DNA of 63,971 bases, the filler included, from Lama guanicoe (lineage: Eukaryota), in NCBI GenBank assembly GCA_013239625.1. It is 199 parts of 199 records of this genome, joined end to end, with 100 filler letters (N's around TTAATTAATTAA, not from the genome) between each part and the next. Parts side by side here need not be neighbours in the genome. Positions count along the whole stretch, not along the records: positions 61,496 to 61,717 come from PNXV01041077.1; positions 61,818 to 62,039 come from PNXV01041078.1; positions 62,140 to 62,361 come from PNXV01041079.1; positions 62,462 to 62,683 come from PNXV01041080.1; positions 62,784 to 63,005 come from PNXV01041081.1; positions 63,106 to 63,327 come from PNXV01041082.1; positions 63,428 to 63,649 come from PNXV01041083.1; positions 63,750 to 63,971 come from PNXV01041084.1; 191 more parts are not named here. One strand, 5' to 3'. Made by a program: the position numbers and the translations under genes. Below are positions 61,496-63,971 of the stretch, piece by piece (position 1 is the first letter of the stretch; every line of letters begins with the position of its first letter). The notes below the pieces were generated by a model. It was not told the DNA's origin and did no database searches. It was given only the letters and a program-made list of their open reading frames with translations.

Positions 61496-61717
61496 TACAT
61501 CACATCAACAAGAGAAAGGACAAAAACCACATGATCATGTCAATACATGCAGAAAAAACATCTGATAAAATTCAACATCCATTTATGATAAAATCTCTCA
61601 CCAAAGAGGGTATGGAGGGAACATAGCTCAACATAATGAAAGCTATATATTCCAAACGTACAGCCAGTATAGTACACAATGGTGAAAAACTCAAAAGCTT
61701 CCCACTAAAATCTGGAA
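61496..61717 (+). mobile_element. LINE-1 ORF2 RT fragment, inactivated
   Basis: Translation [32 protein letters not shown]...EGT*LNIMKAIY versus canonical SIDAEKAFDKIQHPF; in-frame TAG present. Confidence 0.93.
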
Positions 61718-62783
61718 NNNNNNNNNNNNNNNNNNNNNNNNNNNNNNNNNNNNNNNNNNNNTTAATTAATTAANNNNNNNNNNNNNNNNNNNNNNNNNNN
61801 NNNNNNNNNNNNNNNNNCGTTCCCCCCAGAGACCGAGGGCTTTCTGCTTGCTCCCGAAGGCCCCACTCTGTGGGTACACTGGGTCCAGTGGGGCGTCCTG
61901 CCTAGTTCCCCGCCAGCCCTTAGGGCCTCGGTGGGGACTAGAATATCAATTATCCTCCCCTTAGGTGCCCGTTTGTCCATTCCAGCCAAAAGACCTAGGT
62001 CATAAGCACTTTAACTCGCCTGAGGGTGTTTTCCTCACTNNNNNNNNNNNNNNNNNNNNNNNNNNNNNNNNNNNNNNNNNNNNTTAATTAATTAANNNNN
62101 NNNNNNNNNNNNNNNNNNNNNNNNNNNNNNNNNNNNNNNGTCAGAATCTTATGGGTTCAAATCAGTCTTACCGCTGTCAACTTAATAACTCTAAACTGAG
62201 AAGTTGTTCTTGTCTAAAGAGTGAAGATGATTATAATTGCTTCCCCCCAGATGTCATAAAGTAATACAAAAAACATTTGGCATATTATAGATGCTCAACT
62301 GAATAGTAGCTCCATTTCCTTAGCAACCTTTTCATAACCTATTTAATACTGATTATTTAATNNNNNNNNNNNNNNNNNNNNNNNNNNNNNNNNNNNNNNN
62401 NNNNNTTAATTAATTAANNNNNNNNNNNNNNNNNNNNNNNNNNNNNNNNNNNNNNNNNNNNTTTTTTTTTATATATATAACTGGAGAAGCATATTTTTTC
62501 TAGGTTCACATAACTCACAAATAGCCAGACAGCTTTTGCTTATGCTTTCAAAAGAAATTCCATTTTAGACTAGACACTAATGTGGAAAATTCGAGGCCAA
62601 ATGATTCAGCTTCTTAAAGTCTTATAACTAGGAGAGAGAGACAGACAGACAGACACAGAGAGACACAGAAAGAAACAGAGAGANNNNNNNNNNNNNNNNN
62701 NNNNNNNNNNNNNNNNNNNNNNNNNNNTTAATTAATTAANNNNNNNNNNNNNNNNNNNNNNNNNNNNNNNNNNNNNNNNNNNN

Positions 62784-63005
62784 TGTGAGAAGTAATTGTA
62801 ATCTGAATATTTTAAAGATAGAGCCAGTAGGACTTTCAGAGAGATTTCATGTGCTGAGTGAGGGTAGGGAGTGGAAAAGTGAGTGATGAAAGTTGACTAT
62901 GTGATTTCTGACTTGAGAACCTAGTAGAATAGAGTTATTATCAACTGGGATGGGGAGGGTGAAGCTAGAGCAGATCTGGTAGGGAACAGGGCTCATTTTC
63001 TGAAG
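62784..63005 (-). mobile_element. LINE-2 fragment
   Basis: TTTAAAGATAGAGCCAGTAGGACTTTC...TTTCTGACTTGAGAAC...AGAATAGAGTTATTATCAACTGGGATGGGGA is antisense L2. Confidence 0.7.
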
Positions 63006-63971
63006 NNNNNNNNNNNNNNNNNNNNNNNNNNNNNNNNNNNNNNNNNNNNTTAATTAATTAANNNNNNNNNNNNNNNNNNNNNNNNNNNNNNNNNNNNNNN
63101 NNNNNCAGTACTCAGGCTCTAAGCAGATTTCCTTTCCACCGAGGCGAAGTGCTCAGGCGTTCTCTGAGGGCCTCTTTTTTTTAGTGTATGTAGTTTTATT
63201 GAAGTACAGTCAGTTTACAATGTGTCAACTTCCGGTGTACAGCATACTGCTCTTAGGGCCCCTTTATTCTTGGTTTAATTATAATTTTAACAGATGTACT
63301 CTGTTATAGTACGCCGATGTACTGATTNNNNNNNNNNNNNNNNNNNNNNNNNNNNNNNNNNNNNNNNNNNNTTAATTAATTAANNNNNNNNNNNNNNNNN
63401 NNNNNNNNNNNNNNNNNNNNNNNNNNNACAGATTATTACAATATGAAAGTGCATTGGAGAATGGTCTTGTTATTGGGAAATACATGCAGTTTGCCACTTA
63501 CTTTCAAATAATTCAGGAAAAAAGAGAATGGCTGGATAGACATAGAAATATGTAATTGGTAGTTCTAATGTGATAGGATGTGACAGGTGATAAATCTAGG
63601 AAGGAGTATAAAGATGTGCTTTTTCCTAACTGAAGTATAGTCGGTTACANNNNNNNNNNNNNNNNNNNNNNNNNNNNNNNNNNNNNNNNNNNNTTAATTA
63701 ATTAANNNNNNNNNNNNNNNNNNNNNNNNNNNNNNNNNNNNNNNNNNNNTTATCACTGGGTAAGTCATTTTAGTTTAGTGCCAAGAATTAATTTAAAACA
63801 TTTTCACATTTGACCCAAAGACCCTTATATTTTGTTCTGTATCTGTATACTGCAAGTTCCCTTGTGAAATTTAGTAAATTGTCTTGTTTTAATATCAAGT
63901 GCATTTTTTCAAAGTCTAAGACTAGTGCTTGTCTCATGGGTTTTCTTGTACATGACAAATAAGAATTCCAT

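Larger units (their letters stand above)
223..63749. other. Artificial 100-bp contig linker (N44-TTAATTAATTAA-N44) repeated 198 times, joining 199 contigs of about 222 bp
   Basis: First linker: N 223-266, TTAATTAATTAA 267-278, N 279-322; period 322 bp. 199x322-100-7=63971 matches the window length once the six shorter contigs are counted. The 12-mer is palindromic with TAA in all six frames. Confidence 0.99.

Noticed and set aside
271..61989. ORF-track entries ending in X-runs plus LIN or N, a seemingly shared C-terminal motif
   Set aside because: These are translations running through Ns into the linker (TTA ATT AAT TAA = L-I-N-stop), not a protein family.
267..63705. Regularly spaced identical 12-bp palindrome with constant-length unique spacers, resembling a CRISPR or other repeat-spacer system
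   Set aside because: Each copy sits between exactly 44 Ns on both sides and is a six-frame-stop linker. The spacers are mammalian genomic fragments and no cas genes are present.

Overview
This window is not contiguous genomic DNA. It is an artificial concatenation of 199 short, mostly unrelated contigs: 193 of 222 bp, five of 221 bp and one of 220 bp. They are joined by 198 identical 100-bp linkers (44 N + TTAATTAATTAA + 44 N), so only 44,171 of the 63,971 bases are real sequence. The linker puts stop codons in all six frames, so most ORF-track entries ending in X...LIN or X...N are artefacts. The real sequence is eutherian mammal, most likely a camelid, given a vic-1-type tRNA-derived SINE and artiodactyl-type L1 3' ends. 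It is dominated by L1, L2, MIR, MER and LTR fragments. Recognisable genic pieces are coding exon 1 of SPTSSA, the end of a B30.2/SPRY domain, an intron-containing tRNA-Leu(CAA) gene, and frameshifted gammaretrovirus-like ERV gag and env fragments. Four contig pairs are de Bruijn bubble arms, each with exactly 49 identical bases at both ends. I found no evidence of a new biological system. Neighbouring contigs carry no synteny, and the CRISPR-like periodicity is a man-made spacer. Repeat family names come from recalled consensus sequences, not from a database search.
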